The position numbers and the translations under genes are program-made. Positions 8,495-17,059 of a DNA stretch of 64,000 nt are shown in pieces. The DNA comes from an uncultured Candidatus Saccharibacteria bacterium (lineage in GTDB: Bacteria > Patescibacteriota > WWE3 > UBA101185 > UBA10185): positions 81,080-145,079 of the forward strand of contig CAZEBU010000002.1 in the NCBI GenBank assembly GCA_964510435.1, read 5' to 3'. Every line of letters starts with the position of its first letter. The stretch's first letter is position 1. The notes under the pieces were generated by a model. It did not search any database, had not been told where the DNA came from, and saw nothing but the letters and a program-made list of their open reading frames with translations.

Positions 8495-9064
8495 CTACAC
8501 GCCAATTCCTAGTATGTAAACGGGAATATCTATATCTGAAACTCCTCTGGCATTTAAATCCCATACAAACTGTTCAAAATACGACACGCCAGTAGACATC
8601 TTTGCCGCCAACTCTTTCACAGGAACTATCTCAACTCCGGCATCAATATGCCCTAAGTTACTAAAAATGGTCATTTTAGCGCATACATTGTAAACCATAA
8701 AAGAATACTTACCGAATTGCACCTCAACACCTAGCTTATTTTTTATAAAGTCCATTTCCCTGTATGCATTATTAATTTTTATTGGAGAATACCCGTCTAT
8801 AAAGTATTCTGTCGGGTAATCGCATTTCTCTCTTATTCCATATTGCCACCCTTTAGATTTAAAGATTCTTTTAAACTCGTTATTCAATTTTCGTGGAGAG
8901 TACAGTGTCTTACCTGGCATAGTTTTTTCTTTGCTCTCCTTGCTAAAACTCTTTAAAGCATCGTTTAAACCGATTGCTTCTTCAATCTCTTTTAACTCTT
9001 GACTATAATTATTTTTTACATAATCCTCGCCATTAGCGAAGGAATACCTTCCAAATATTTTCAT
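8495..9064 (-). CDS. Type II restriction endonuclease, BglII/BstYI family
   Basis: REMDFIKNKLGVEVQFGKY (D...EVQ catalytic motif); adjacent to the methyltransferase. Confidence 0.88.
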   Translation of the reverse strand: MKIFGRYSFANGEDYVKNNYSQELKEIEEAIGLNDALKSFSKESKEKTMPGKTLYSPRKLNNEFKRIFKSKGWQYGIREKCDYPTEYFIDGYSPIKINNAYREMDFIKNKLGVEVQFGKYSFMVYNVCAKMTIFSNLGHIDAGVEIVPVKELAAKMSTGVSYFEQFVWDLNARGVSDIDIPVYILGIGV

Positions 9065-9066
9065 CT

Positions 9067-10005
9067 TTATTTAATCCAACTTATTGGTACCTTCGATACC
9101 TTTTCTTTTCCTGTTGGTTTGTATACTGGTTTACCTAGAGGCCTTATTCTTAATTTTCCAGCTCTTAATTTAGCAATTCTCTTCTCGGCTAAGCTAACAT
9201 ATTTTGCTTCCATTTCCATACCTAATGCATCCCTATTATGCATAATAGCACCAATAACCGTGGAACCCACACCCATAAACGGGTCGTAAACCAAATCTCC
9301 TTCGTTTGTTAATGCTAGAACACATCTCTGAACCAATTCCACGGGAAATTGACAGGGATGACCAGTCTTTTCAGGATGATTGCTTTTTACATTAGGTATT
9401 TCCCAAATTTCCTTCTCCCAATCCCCACAAATTATCTCCCAAAAATCTGAAGGATTCTTTCCTCTTGGATTACCAGAAGGTTTACCTAAATTTTTACCTT
9501 TATAGGAAAGCTTTCCTGGGTACTTTGCAGGAACTCTTACATTATCAAGGTTGAACACATACTCTTTATTCTTATCATTTTTTGTGAACCATAATATTGT
9601 CTCGTACCTACCCGAAAACCTTTTACTAGCGTGGAGTCCGTGACCAAAATGCCAGATTATTCTATTCCTTAGATGAAATCCAACGTCTTTAAAAATATTA
9701 TAAAAATAAATATCTAAGGGAAAAACTTCGCCTTTTTTGATATAGTTTCCAACCTCCCATGCTAAACTGCCGCCGTCTCTTATTTTGGAGTAAATTGCTC
9801 GAGCAAAATCTTTATAAGGATGAAGGTACTTTTCAAAATCTTTTCTTTTCTCATATTCCTTTCCAATATTGTATGGTGGAGAGGTTATAAGTAATTGTAT
9901 GCTATCATCTTCCAATTTTTTTACATGTTTGAATGTATCAACTTGGAGAATATCGTATTTACCAAATTTTTTTTGCATGTTTAATCCCAACTTTGACTGT
10001 GCCAT
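9067..10005 (-). CDS. Beta-class N4-C/N6-A DNA methyltransferase
   Basis: Motif IV TSPPYN precedes HPCQFP and motif I DPFMGVGST. Confidence 0.93.
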   Translation of the reverse strand: MAQSKLGLNMQKKFGKYDILQVDTFKHVKKLEDDSIQLLITSPPYNIGKEYEKRKDFEKYLHPYKDFARAIYSKIRDGGSLAWEVGNYIKKGEVFPLDIYFYNIFKDVGFHLRNRIIWHFGHGLHASKRFSGRYETILWFTKNDKNKEYVFNLDNVRVPAKYPGKLSYKGKNLGKPSGNPRGKNPSDFWEIICGDWEKEIWEIPNVKSNHPEKTGHPCQFPVELVQRCVLALTNEGDLVYDPFMGVGSTVIGAIMHNRDALGMEMEAKYVSLAEKRIAKLRAGKLRIRPLGKPVYKPTGKEKVSKVPISWIK

Positions 10006-10151
10006 AAACCTATGTTATCACACACACAAAACTATCAATTATATACCGGGTCATTACTAAACAATGAGGTTGTGAATTTGTGATTTATATTTTCAAAAAA
10101 TAAGGAATACCAATACATTCATTATAGTTACTTTCTTGGTAGGAAGTTTCC

Positions 10152-11432
10152 CTAAAACGCATCCAATTCAGCAAAGGACGGATTATTGACAATTTCCTCT
10201 ACAGCATCGCTATCAAATTTTTCGTTCTGCCAAAAACCCCGAAGTTCCAAATCTTTTGTTGCAAGGGGGTATATCCATGCAGTAAACACTTTATCTGCTT
10301 TATCAATAAATATTATCCTTACCTCCACACCTCCAGCAAGAGAACCACTAAGTGGAAACGTGACAAATTTGCTTCTATAATAACTATTGTCAAAATTCTT
10401 CAAACCAGTAATTTCGGTTTCTAAACCAACTATAGCTAGATGTGACACGCCGTCATTACCCCCGTCAAGATAATTATCTAAGGCTTCTCTCAAGAAAGTC
10501 ACATACTCCAAGTCACTAATATTCTTTCTCCATTCTAAGTATTCTTCGTAATCGCCTATAGCTGGTTGTGGAAAGGTATCACCAGCATTATAAATATCTT
10601 CAATCTCTATTTTTGGTTGCTGTGCAGTTAACCCATTAGCTTCGCTAGGCTCAGTGTGCTCTTTAGCCCCGTTAGAATCATAAAACTTAAGGTCAGTCGG
10701 AAGATTGAATTTATTAGGCTCATAGGTAGTAATTTCTAGCAATATTGATATGCCTGTGACTAAAGTGACAAGTACTAAAGATACTTCTAAAAATCTTAGA
10801 ATTTTTCTTCTTCCCCAGAAATTATTAAAAAACTTGAATGCTAATATAAACAAAGTAAACGATGCCAGTAATAACGGTAATATTTCTTCAGGAATACTTG
10901 GTTTGGGTGAGTACCCTATAAAAGCACCTATAATTGCGTATAAAATCAGTAAAAAGAGAAGTAAAACTAACCAAAATAATACCTTGACTATTTCGTCGGT
11001 TTTCCTATAGGAGAAAGCCAGACGCGTATATATTTTCTGTATTAATTCCTTAGTATATCTAAAACCATACAACTTAATTAATAATATTGTTCCTATTAAA
11101 AATGTTATCATTCTCCAAATATTATCTGAGAACCAAGCGCTATCTGAGAATTTAAACTCTGCAATCGGATTTATAACCACAATTAACAATATATAAACTC
11201 TTACCCAAGTCATGTTTTTACTCTGATATTCTTTATATGCAAGGTAGATTAGTGATAAGAAAATAATTATCTTGAAGTTATAGAATGTATTACTATTTGA
11301 AAGGTAACTAGGCTGTGTGGCCAACAACCAAATAAATAAAAATAACAAAACTAGTGGTAAACTTTTCAGTATAACCGAGTCAGACTTTATCATTGATAGT
11401 ATTTTCTTATTGTAAGACTCTTTTAGTTCCAT
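10152..11432 (-). CDS. Polytopic membrane protein with DUF6804-like N-terminus and acidic C-terminal soluble domain
   Basis: Six to seven hydrophobic segments; YLAYKEY...W...INPI pattern. Confidence 0.65.
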   Translation of the reverse strand: MELKESYNKKILSMIKSDSVILKSLPLVLLFLFIWLLATQPSYLSNSNTFYNFKIIIFLSLIYLAYKEYQSKNMTWVRVYILLIVVINPIAEFKFSDSAWFSDNIWRMITFLIGTILLIKLYGFRYTKELIQKIYTRLAFSYRKTDEIVKVLFWLVLLLFLLILYAIIGAFIGYSPKPSIPEEILPLLLASFTLFILAFKFFNNFWGRRKILRFLEVSLVLVTLVTGISILLEITTYEPNKFNLPTDLKFYDSNGAKEHTEPSEANGLTAQQPKIEIEDIYNAGDTFPQPAIGDYEEYLEWRKNISDLEYVTFLREALDNYLDGGNDGVSHLAIVGLETEITGLKNFDNSYYRSKFVTFPLSGSLAGGVEVRIIFIDKADKVFTAWIYPLATKDLELRGFWQNEKFDSDAVEEIVNNPSFAELDAF

Positions 11433-11667
11433 GGTATCCCAAACTGATTATTTTACTTATCTCTCTAATTAATCCTTATCTTTTTTACCTACTGCTCTTC
11501 GGAGTTCCTTTTTAGCAAGTGGAAAACTTATTATTCTTGATATTTTGTACTTTACTTCGAAATATTAACCACTTTTTTCAAGAAAAAATACAAATCCTTC
11601 CCACAAAATCATTTTACATCATAAACTATATGTTTACTTCCACACTGTAAGGTATAGAAATAAACTC

Positions 11668-11695
11668 AATTAGGCTGCTCTTTCCGTGGGGAGCG
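11668..11695. repeat. attR
   Basis: Core GTGGGGAG at 11686-11693; arm AATTAGG (11668-11674) is the inverted repeat of CCTAATT (5216-5222). Confidence 0.85.
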
Positions 11696-12153
11696 CAGAT
11701 ATCAAGCTTTTGGAAGATCTCGCAGCAGGTACCAATCCGGAAAACCTCGTAGACGAGCTGCCCGGACCGTCCTTTAGTGGGCTCCATCCCAATTGGACAG
11801 AAGATTATCCGCTAAAAATCTATAATAACGCTACGGGTCATATTCAACTAACCTCCAACGCCGACTATGAAACTATCAATGATCCGGATGATTTAAGACA
11901 AATAATCTATGTTGAACCCATTAATTGGAGTGATACAGATAACAATGGCTTGGTCGAAGAAGGAGAACTCGGTTCTTCTTTTGGCAGGAAGACCATCATC
12001 AAGTGGAAAACAGAAGGTTTTGACCTAAGCTCTATGAGCTCGGGTTCGGTGAAGGGAATGGTTTTAAGATTCTCCACGGATAATGTGTCGGACACAAAAC
12101 AGGGAAAGAGCGCTATTTTCGATTTCGTATTCGACTCTCTAGGACTGGAATAA
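11686..12153 (+). pseudogene. 3' half of the interrupted TasA-family protein
   Basis: Begins exactly at the core with VGSADIKLLEDL, continuing SSFS|VGS in frame; no RBS of its own. Confidence 0.82.
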
Positions 12154-12159
12154 ACGTTT

Positions 12160-12185
12160 AGAAGCCTCACCCGGGAGAGGCTTCT
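12160..12185 (+). terminator. Hairpin/terminator after the TasA-like gene
   Basis: AGAAGCCTC-N8-GAGGCTTCT perfect 9-bp stem. Confidence 0.65.
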
Positions 12186-12224
12186 ATTCTGTCAAAAAAC
12201 CTGATTTTCTGCTATCCTGAATTT

Positions 12225-14798
12225 GTGCTGATACTGCCCAAATTGATCTATAACTTTATCTATTGGTGGATCTATGAGATACCAAGAAACACTTTTAATG
12301 TTCTTAAAAAGATCACCTATTTTGTAAACAACGAATTTTCTTTTACCTTAAACATCAAACTTATTTTCACACCTCTCTACGGCGACAACACAATCATAGG
12401 CAGGGTAATTGGTTTTATCTTAAGAATAATTTTTATAGTTGTCGGATTTTTCTTTGTAGGATTTCTAGCCTTAGCTTCTGTGATCTTACCAACCTCTTGG
12501 TATCTCCTACCACTTATCATGTTCTATTATCTTGGCTTTTGGTCCCTACCTATCGTCGCAGCTATGTTTTTATACCATATCTACATCACCATTGATCAAC
12601 CTGATAAAAGAGTGGAAAATGTGGATGAAGAAAACAAGTTATTTTCTTTTAGGCCTCAAGTAAAGGAAATAATTAGGAAAATAAAGAAAAACCCCTCACA
12701 GGCTATAGCAAGTTTTATGAAATCTCCCGAAATTAACTCCTTGTTGGAAAAAGCAGAACTTACCGATATCAATTTCCCTGCAAAAATCGGCCAAGTAGAG
12801 AAACTCTCCACTAAAAAAGTAGAGGTTTCATCCTTTGTCTACGGCAAAAAGAACAGATCCAGATATGTAGAAAAAGAGCATTTACTTCTCGGTTTGCTTT
12901 CCTCCATTCCCGGTATAGATAATATCCTTTCGGAATTTGGCATTGAACTTAAAACTATTGAAGAAACCGCTTTGTGGATTGTCGGGAAAAGAGAGGATGA
13001 ATCCAAGCTCTACTTCTGGCAGGAAGATTACGAAACATCAACCATATCAGGTTTCGGTCATGGCCTCATCGGCAGAGTTACGCCCCATCTTGATGCAATT
13101 TCAGTTGATTATACTAAAATGGCTAAGAAAGGCCGGCTTAAAAACATTATTGGCAGGGAAGACGAAATTAAGAAAATTGCTCAATTGCTTGGCGGTTCTA
13201 GAGAAAATGTCTTACTGATCGGAGAACCCGGATGTGGAAAAACCTCTATCGTTATGGGCATGGCGCACAGAATTATGCATGGGACAAAATACAAAACTTT
13301 GCAAAACAAAAGGATCGTTAACTTACAAACCGGAAGCCTGATTGCGGGGTCAAAAACAACCGGTGAAATTGCCGAAAAACTAAAAGACGCACTTGATGAT
13401 GCTATCGGTTCTGGAGATATTATCCTCTTTATTGACGAGATTCATGCACTAGTTGGTTCTGTTAACGAAGGAGAGGGTTACTCCACAATATTCTCTATCT
13501 TAGAACCTCATTTATCCTCAAATCAGCTGCAGTTTATAGGGGCTACAAGCATAGAAAACTATCGTAAGTATATTGAATCCATAGGTTCTTTTTCAAGACT
13601 ATTTGAAATTGTAGAAATCCCTGAATCCAACCAAGAAGATACCTTGGAAATACTTAAATACATAGCTGATCTGCAAGAAGTTACTTTTGGTGTCAGAATA
13701 ACCATGCCTGCACTCTTAACAATTTTAAAACTCTCAGGAAAACTAATTCATAACCGAGTCCTTCCCGATAAAGCCATAGATGTGCTCATCAGATCCGTAG
13801 CCTTAGTCAATGATTCAACTAGGGTAGTCACTTCTAAAGTTGTGGAACAAGAAATATCCGAAATGACGCATATTCCCGTTACGGCAGTTACAGAAGAGGA
13901 GTCAGAAAAGCTTCTTAACATCTATAGAGAGATGAAAAAGTATGTGGTAGGACAAGATCACGCTCTAGAAAAAATCTCCTCAGCTTTAAAAAGAGCCAGA
14001 GTGGGAATAAGAGATGAGAAAAAGCCTATCGCCAGCTTTTTGTTTGTAGGTACAACAGGCGTAGGAAAAACAGAAACAGCAAAAACTCTCGGTAAGGTTT
14101 ATTTTGGAGATGAAACTAATATGATCCGCTTGGATATGAGTGAATATCAACACGTTGACAGCATCGAAAAATTAATTGGTTCCTCAGACGGAAAAACAAG
14201 AGGTCTGCTGACAGAGGCAGTTCGGTCAAAACCTTTTGCCGTGATACTTTTAGACGAAATTGAAAAGGCGCACCATAAAATTTTGCTTACCTTCCTGCAG
14301 GTATTGGACGACGCCCGCTTAACTGACTCCACAGGAAGAACAGTTGACTTCACCAACACAATTATTATTGCCACCAGCAACGTTGGGACAAAGCAAATTC
14401 AAAGCATTACTGAAAAAAGTGGGTCATACGAGGAAATCGAGATCGTCGCCTTAAAAGCGGTAAGAGAAAACTTCGCACCGGAGTTTCTTAATAGATTTAC
14501 GGATATTATTGTCTATAAACCCCTAGATCTAGAACACGTTCGAAAAATTGCCCGCATTTTACTATATGACGTGAAAGGGCGTACTCAAGAGCAAAACGTC
14601 AAGATTTCCTTCTCAGAGGAATTGATCGATGAATTAGTTAAAAGAGGCTACAATCCACAGTGGGGTGCCCGACCTATGGCCAGGGTAATAGAAGATTCCG
14701 TGGAAACTCATATAGCCGAGAAGCTTCTTACCAAGGAGATAAAGAGGGGGGACGTCGTCAAACTTGGCATAGAAGTGTTTGATGAGCGTCCCCATTAA
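12225..14798 (+). CDS. ClpA/ClpC-type double AAA+ ATPase with N-terminal transmembrane region
   Basis: GEPGCGKT/ILFIDEIH and GTTGVGKT/ILLDEIEK, RLDMSEY, GARP; residues ~60-120 hydrophobic. Confidence 0.9.
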   Translation: MLILPKLIYNFIYWWIYEIPRNTFNVLKKITYFVNNEFSFTLNIKLIFTPLYGDNTIIGRVIGFILRIIFIVVGFFFVGFLALASVILPTSWYLLPLIMFYYLGFWSLPIVAAMFLYHIYITIDQPDKRVENVDEENKLFSFRPQVKEIIRKIKKNPSQAIASFMKSPEINSLLEKAELTDINFPAKIGQVEKLSTKKVEVSSFVYGKKNRSRYVEKEHLLLGLLSSIPGIDNILSEFGIELKTIEETALWIVGKREDESKLYFWQEDYETSTISGFGHGLIGRVTPHLDAISVDYTKMAKKGRLKNIIGREDEIKKIAQLLGGSRENVLLIGEPGCGKTSIVMGMAHRIMHGTKYKTLQNKRIVNLQTGSLIAGSKTTGEIAEKLKDALDDAIGSGDIILFIDEIHALVGSVNEGEGYSTIFSILEPHLSSNQLQFIGATSIENYRKYIESIGSFSRLFEIVEIPESNQEDTLEILKYIADLQEVTFGVRITMPALLTILKLSGKLIHNRVLPDKAIDVLIRSVALVNDSTRVVTSKVVEQEISEMTHIPVTAVTEEESEKLLNIYREMKKYVVGQDHALEKISSALKRARVGIRDEKKPIASFLFVGTTGVGKTETAKTLGKVYFGDETNMIRLDMSEYQHVDSIEKLIGSSDGKTRGLLTEAVRSKPFAVILLDEIEKAHHKILLTFLQVLDDARLTDSTGRTVDFTNTIIIATSNVGTKQIQSITEKSGSYEEIEIVALKAVRENFAPEFLNRFTDIIVYKPLDLEHVRKIARILLYDVKGRTQEQNVKISFSEELIDELVKRGYNPQWGARPMARVIEDSVETHIAEKLLTKEIKRGDVVKLGIEVFDERPH

Positions 14799-14812
14799 CC
14801 GGGTTAAAGAAA

Positions 14813-15037
14813 TCAACGGCTTAAGTAGTACAAATAGGTTGTGATCAACGCCACTCCGGTAACCATTGAAGAGTAACCAAGAAAAAGCAGATCATTCACC
14901 CTTTGCTGGTACGGATGGCCATTCCCTGCTCTGGAGAGGAGAATCCTACTTTTCCTAACCCAGCCAACCCGAATACACACCGCACCTGCAATAAACAGAA
15001 AAGCGCCTATCACCAATAGATTTGGGCATGTCCTCAT
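14813..15037 (-). CDS. Small two-TM hypothetical protein
   Basis: Two hydrophobic stretches; AAGGAG upstream of the ATG. Confidence 0.55.
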   Translation of the reverse strand: MRTCPNLLVIGAFLFIAGAVCIRVGWVRKSRILLSRAGNGHPYQQRVNDLLFLGYSSMVTGVALITTYLYYLSR

Positions 15038-15087
15038 GCTCTACTCCTTTTAATATCATTGTTTATTGATGTTATACTACAAAAGTT

Positions 15088-16089
15088 GTGAAAGAGCAAA
15101 AAGAAAGACTGGAAAATCTAAGGAAAAACCTCTTCATCGAAGGGAAAAAAGCGAAGATAGTCAAACTCGAAGAAAGCCTTAACGATGAATCCTTATGGGA
15201 TGATTGGGAAAAAGGTCAAAAGGTATCTCAAGACCATGCAGACTTAAAAAAGGATGTGGAAGATTTCCAAATGCTGGAACTAATGCTAGAGGAAAACGAC
15301 CTGGAAAGCTTTGAAAAGGAAGTAGGAAAACTTGAGCTAAAGACTTTTCTATCAGGAAAACACGATAAAGGAAACGCCATAATAAGCATCCATGCCGGCC
15401 AGGGGGGAACAGAAGCCATGGATTGGGTGGAAATGCTGCTAAGAATGTATTTGAGATATTGTGAGCGGAAAAAATGGCTGACCACTGTTCTTTCTGAAAT
15501 ATCAGGGGAAGAAGCCGGATTAAAAAGTGTGGTTTTTGAAGTGAAAGGGAAATATTGCTATGGCTTTCTTAAAAAGGAAAGCGGAGTACACAGGCTAGTG
15601 AGACAGTCTCCCTTTAACGCAGATAATTTAAGACAAACTTCCTTTGCCTTGGTAGAAGTTATTCCCATGATCGATGATTCAATAGAGGTAGATATAAAAG
15701 ATGAGGACATAGAATTTACATCTTTTCGAGCCAGCGGTAAAGGCGGTCAAAATGTTAACAAGGTATCCACTGCAGTGAGAATCAAACATCTGCCTACCGG
15801 TATTGTGGTAGAAAACCAAACCGAAAGACACCAAGCCAAAAATAGAGAAAAAGCTATGAAAACATTAAGATCAAAATTGTACACACTAGAGAGGGAAAGA
15901 ACCGAAGCCGAAAAGAAAGATCTCAAAGGGGAATACAAAACTCCCGGGTGGGGAAATCAAATTAGAAACTATGTATTACACCCGTACAAACTGGTTAAGG
16001 ACTTAAGAACAAATGTGGAACATACAAATCCGGAAGATGTCTTAGACGGCGATCTAGATCTCTTCATCGACTCACAAATTCAATTGTAA
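15088..16089 (+). CDS. prfB: Peptide chain release factor 2
   Basis: [11 protein letters not shown] (SPF motif), [16 protein letters not shown]. Confidence 0.96.
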   Translation: MKEQKERLENLRKNLFIEGKKAKIVKLEESLNDESLWDDWEKGQKVSQDHADLKKDVEDFQMLELMLEENDLESFEKEVGKLELKTFLSGKHDKGNAIISIHAGQGGTEAMDWVEMLLRMYLRYCERKKWLTTVLSEISGEEAGLKSVVFEVKGKYCYGFLKKESGVHRLVRQSPFNADNLRQTSFALVEVIPMIDDSIEVDIKDEDIEFTSFRASGKGGQNVNKVSTAVRIKHLPTGIVVENQTERHQAKNREKAMKTLRSKLYTLERERTEAEKKDLKGEYKTPGWGNQIRNYVLHPYKLVKDLRTNVEHTNPEDVLDGDLDLFIDSQIQL

Positions 16090-16317
16090 ACCTTGATTTT
16101 TCAGTATTAATAAGAGAACTACGGCAAAAATAATAAAAACGGCTGTTTTTACCAAATCGGTTTTGATGTATTTAATGTGTAGTTGGTGGGTGGCCTTTTT
16201 AGACATAGATTTAGCAACTACTGTGTTACTCCTAAATCCACTTCTTACCTGTGCTCTAAGCAGCTCCTTTTTTCTTCTTTGGCTTTTTGATTTTTTAGTA
16301 GATTTCCTCTTAGACAT
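16072..16317 (-). CDS. Small basic protein with C-terminal TM helix
   Basis: Lys/Arg-rich N-terminus, hydrophobic C-terminus, leaderless-type promoter. Confidence 0.6.
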   Translation of the reverse strand: MSKRKSTKKSKSQRRKKELLRAQVRSGFRSNTVVAKSMSKKATHQLHIKYIKTDLVKTAVFIIFAVVLLLILKNQGLQLNL

Positions 16318-16340
16318 ACTGATATATTAACAGCAAATGA

Positions 16341-17036
16341 TTACTCAGAGGGTGTGGTTTCTTTGACTTCTTCGTTATCAATATTGTATTCCCTTTCCGG
16401 CCGGTAAATAATATTAAAGATTTTTTCCGTTTCTTTATTTAATCTATTAACAGCCTTTATACTGATGGTATTTATTCCTTCCCTTAACTTAACCGAGGTT
16501 AAAAAACTGCCGTCAGGATTGGCAATAATTTGTTGATTATTAATAAAAACGTCAGAATCCAAATCCACCTGTCCAGTAATATCCATCACGTCATTAATTA
16601 ATACCTGGTTGTCTTCCGGGTGGAAAATGTTCAGATTAGGTTCATCCGTATATTGTCTATATTGGAAAAAAAGGTAAATAAAAAAACTAAGTATCAATAA
16701 GGAAACAAAACTTATAATTAGTAGGGTGGGTGTAATAATGAATTTTTCCGGTTCCAGCTGCCTAAATTTTTTGTATTTCTCCTCTAATTTATCTTCGAAG
16801 GTGGGTTCGTACTCCCTACGCCATAAAGCTAGTATTTCCTCGGTATCCATGTCCAGAAATTCTGTGTATATTTTTAAAAAACCGGTAGAATGCACTTTTC
16901 CATCAAAAATTGAGTAGTCATCGTTTTCCAAAGCCTTAATGTATTTTTTATGTATCTTTATCAGTCTGTGAACATCCTCAATAGTATGATTCTTCTTTTG
17001 TCTGCTTGTCTTTAGCATTCGCCCAATACTCTTCAT
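16341..17036 (-). CDS. RodZ-like HTH membrane protein with Ig-like C-terminal domain
   Basis: IGRMLKTSRQKK...YIKALENDDY...GFLKIYTEFL; TM helix; follows ftsK. Confidence 0.82.
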   Translation of the reverse strand: MKSIGRMLKTSRQKKNHTIEDVHRLIKIHKKYIKALENDDYSIFDGKVHSTGFLKIYTEFLDMDTEEILALWRREYEPTFEDKLEEKYKKFRQLEPEKFIITPTLLIISFVSLLILSFFIYLFFQYRQYTDEPNLNIFHPEDNQVLINDVMDITGQVDLDSDVFINNQQIIANPDGSFLTSVKLREGINTISIKAVNRLNKETEKIFNIIYRPEREYNIDNEEVKETTPSE

Positions 17037-17059
17037 ATTTTATTTTTTTTAAAGTAAAT

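Larger units (their letters stand above)
5203..11693. mobile_element. Integrated element (degenerate prophage/satellite or defence island) inserted in the TasA-like gene
   Basis: Direct repeat GTGGGGAG at both ends, in-frame rejoining of the split gene, recombinase remnant at the boundary, rep and R-M genes; all credible protein genes on the minus strand. Confidence 0.88.
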
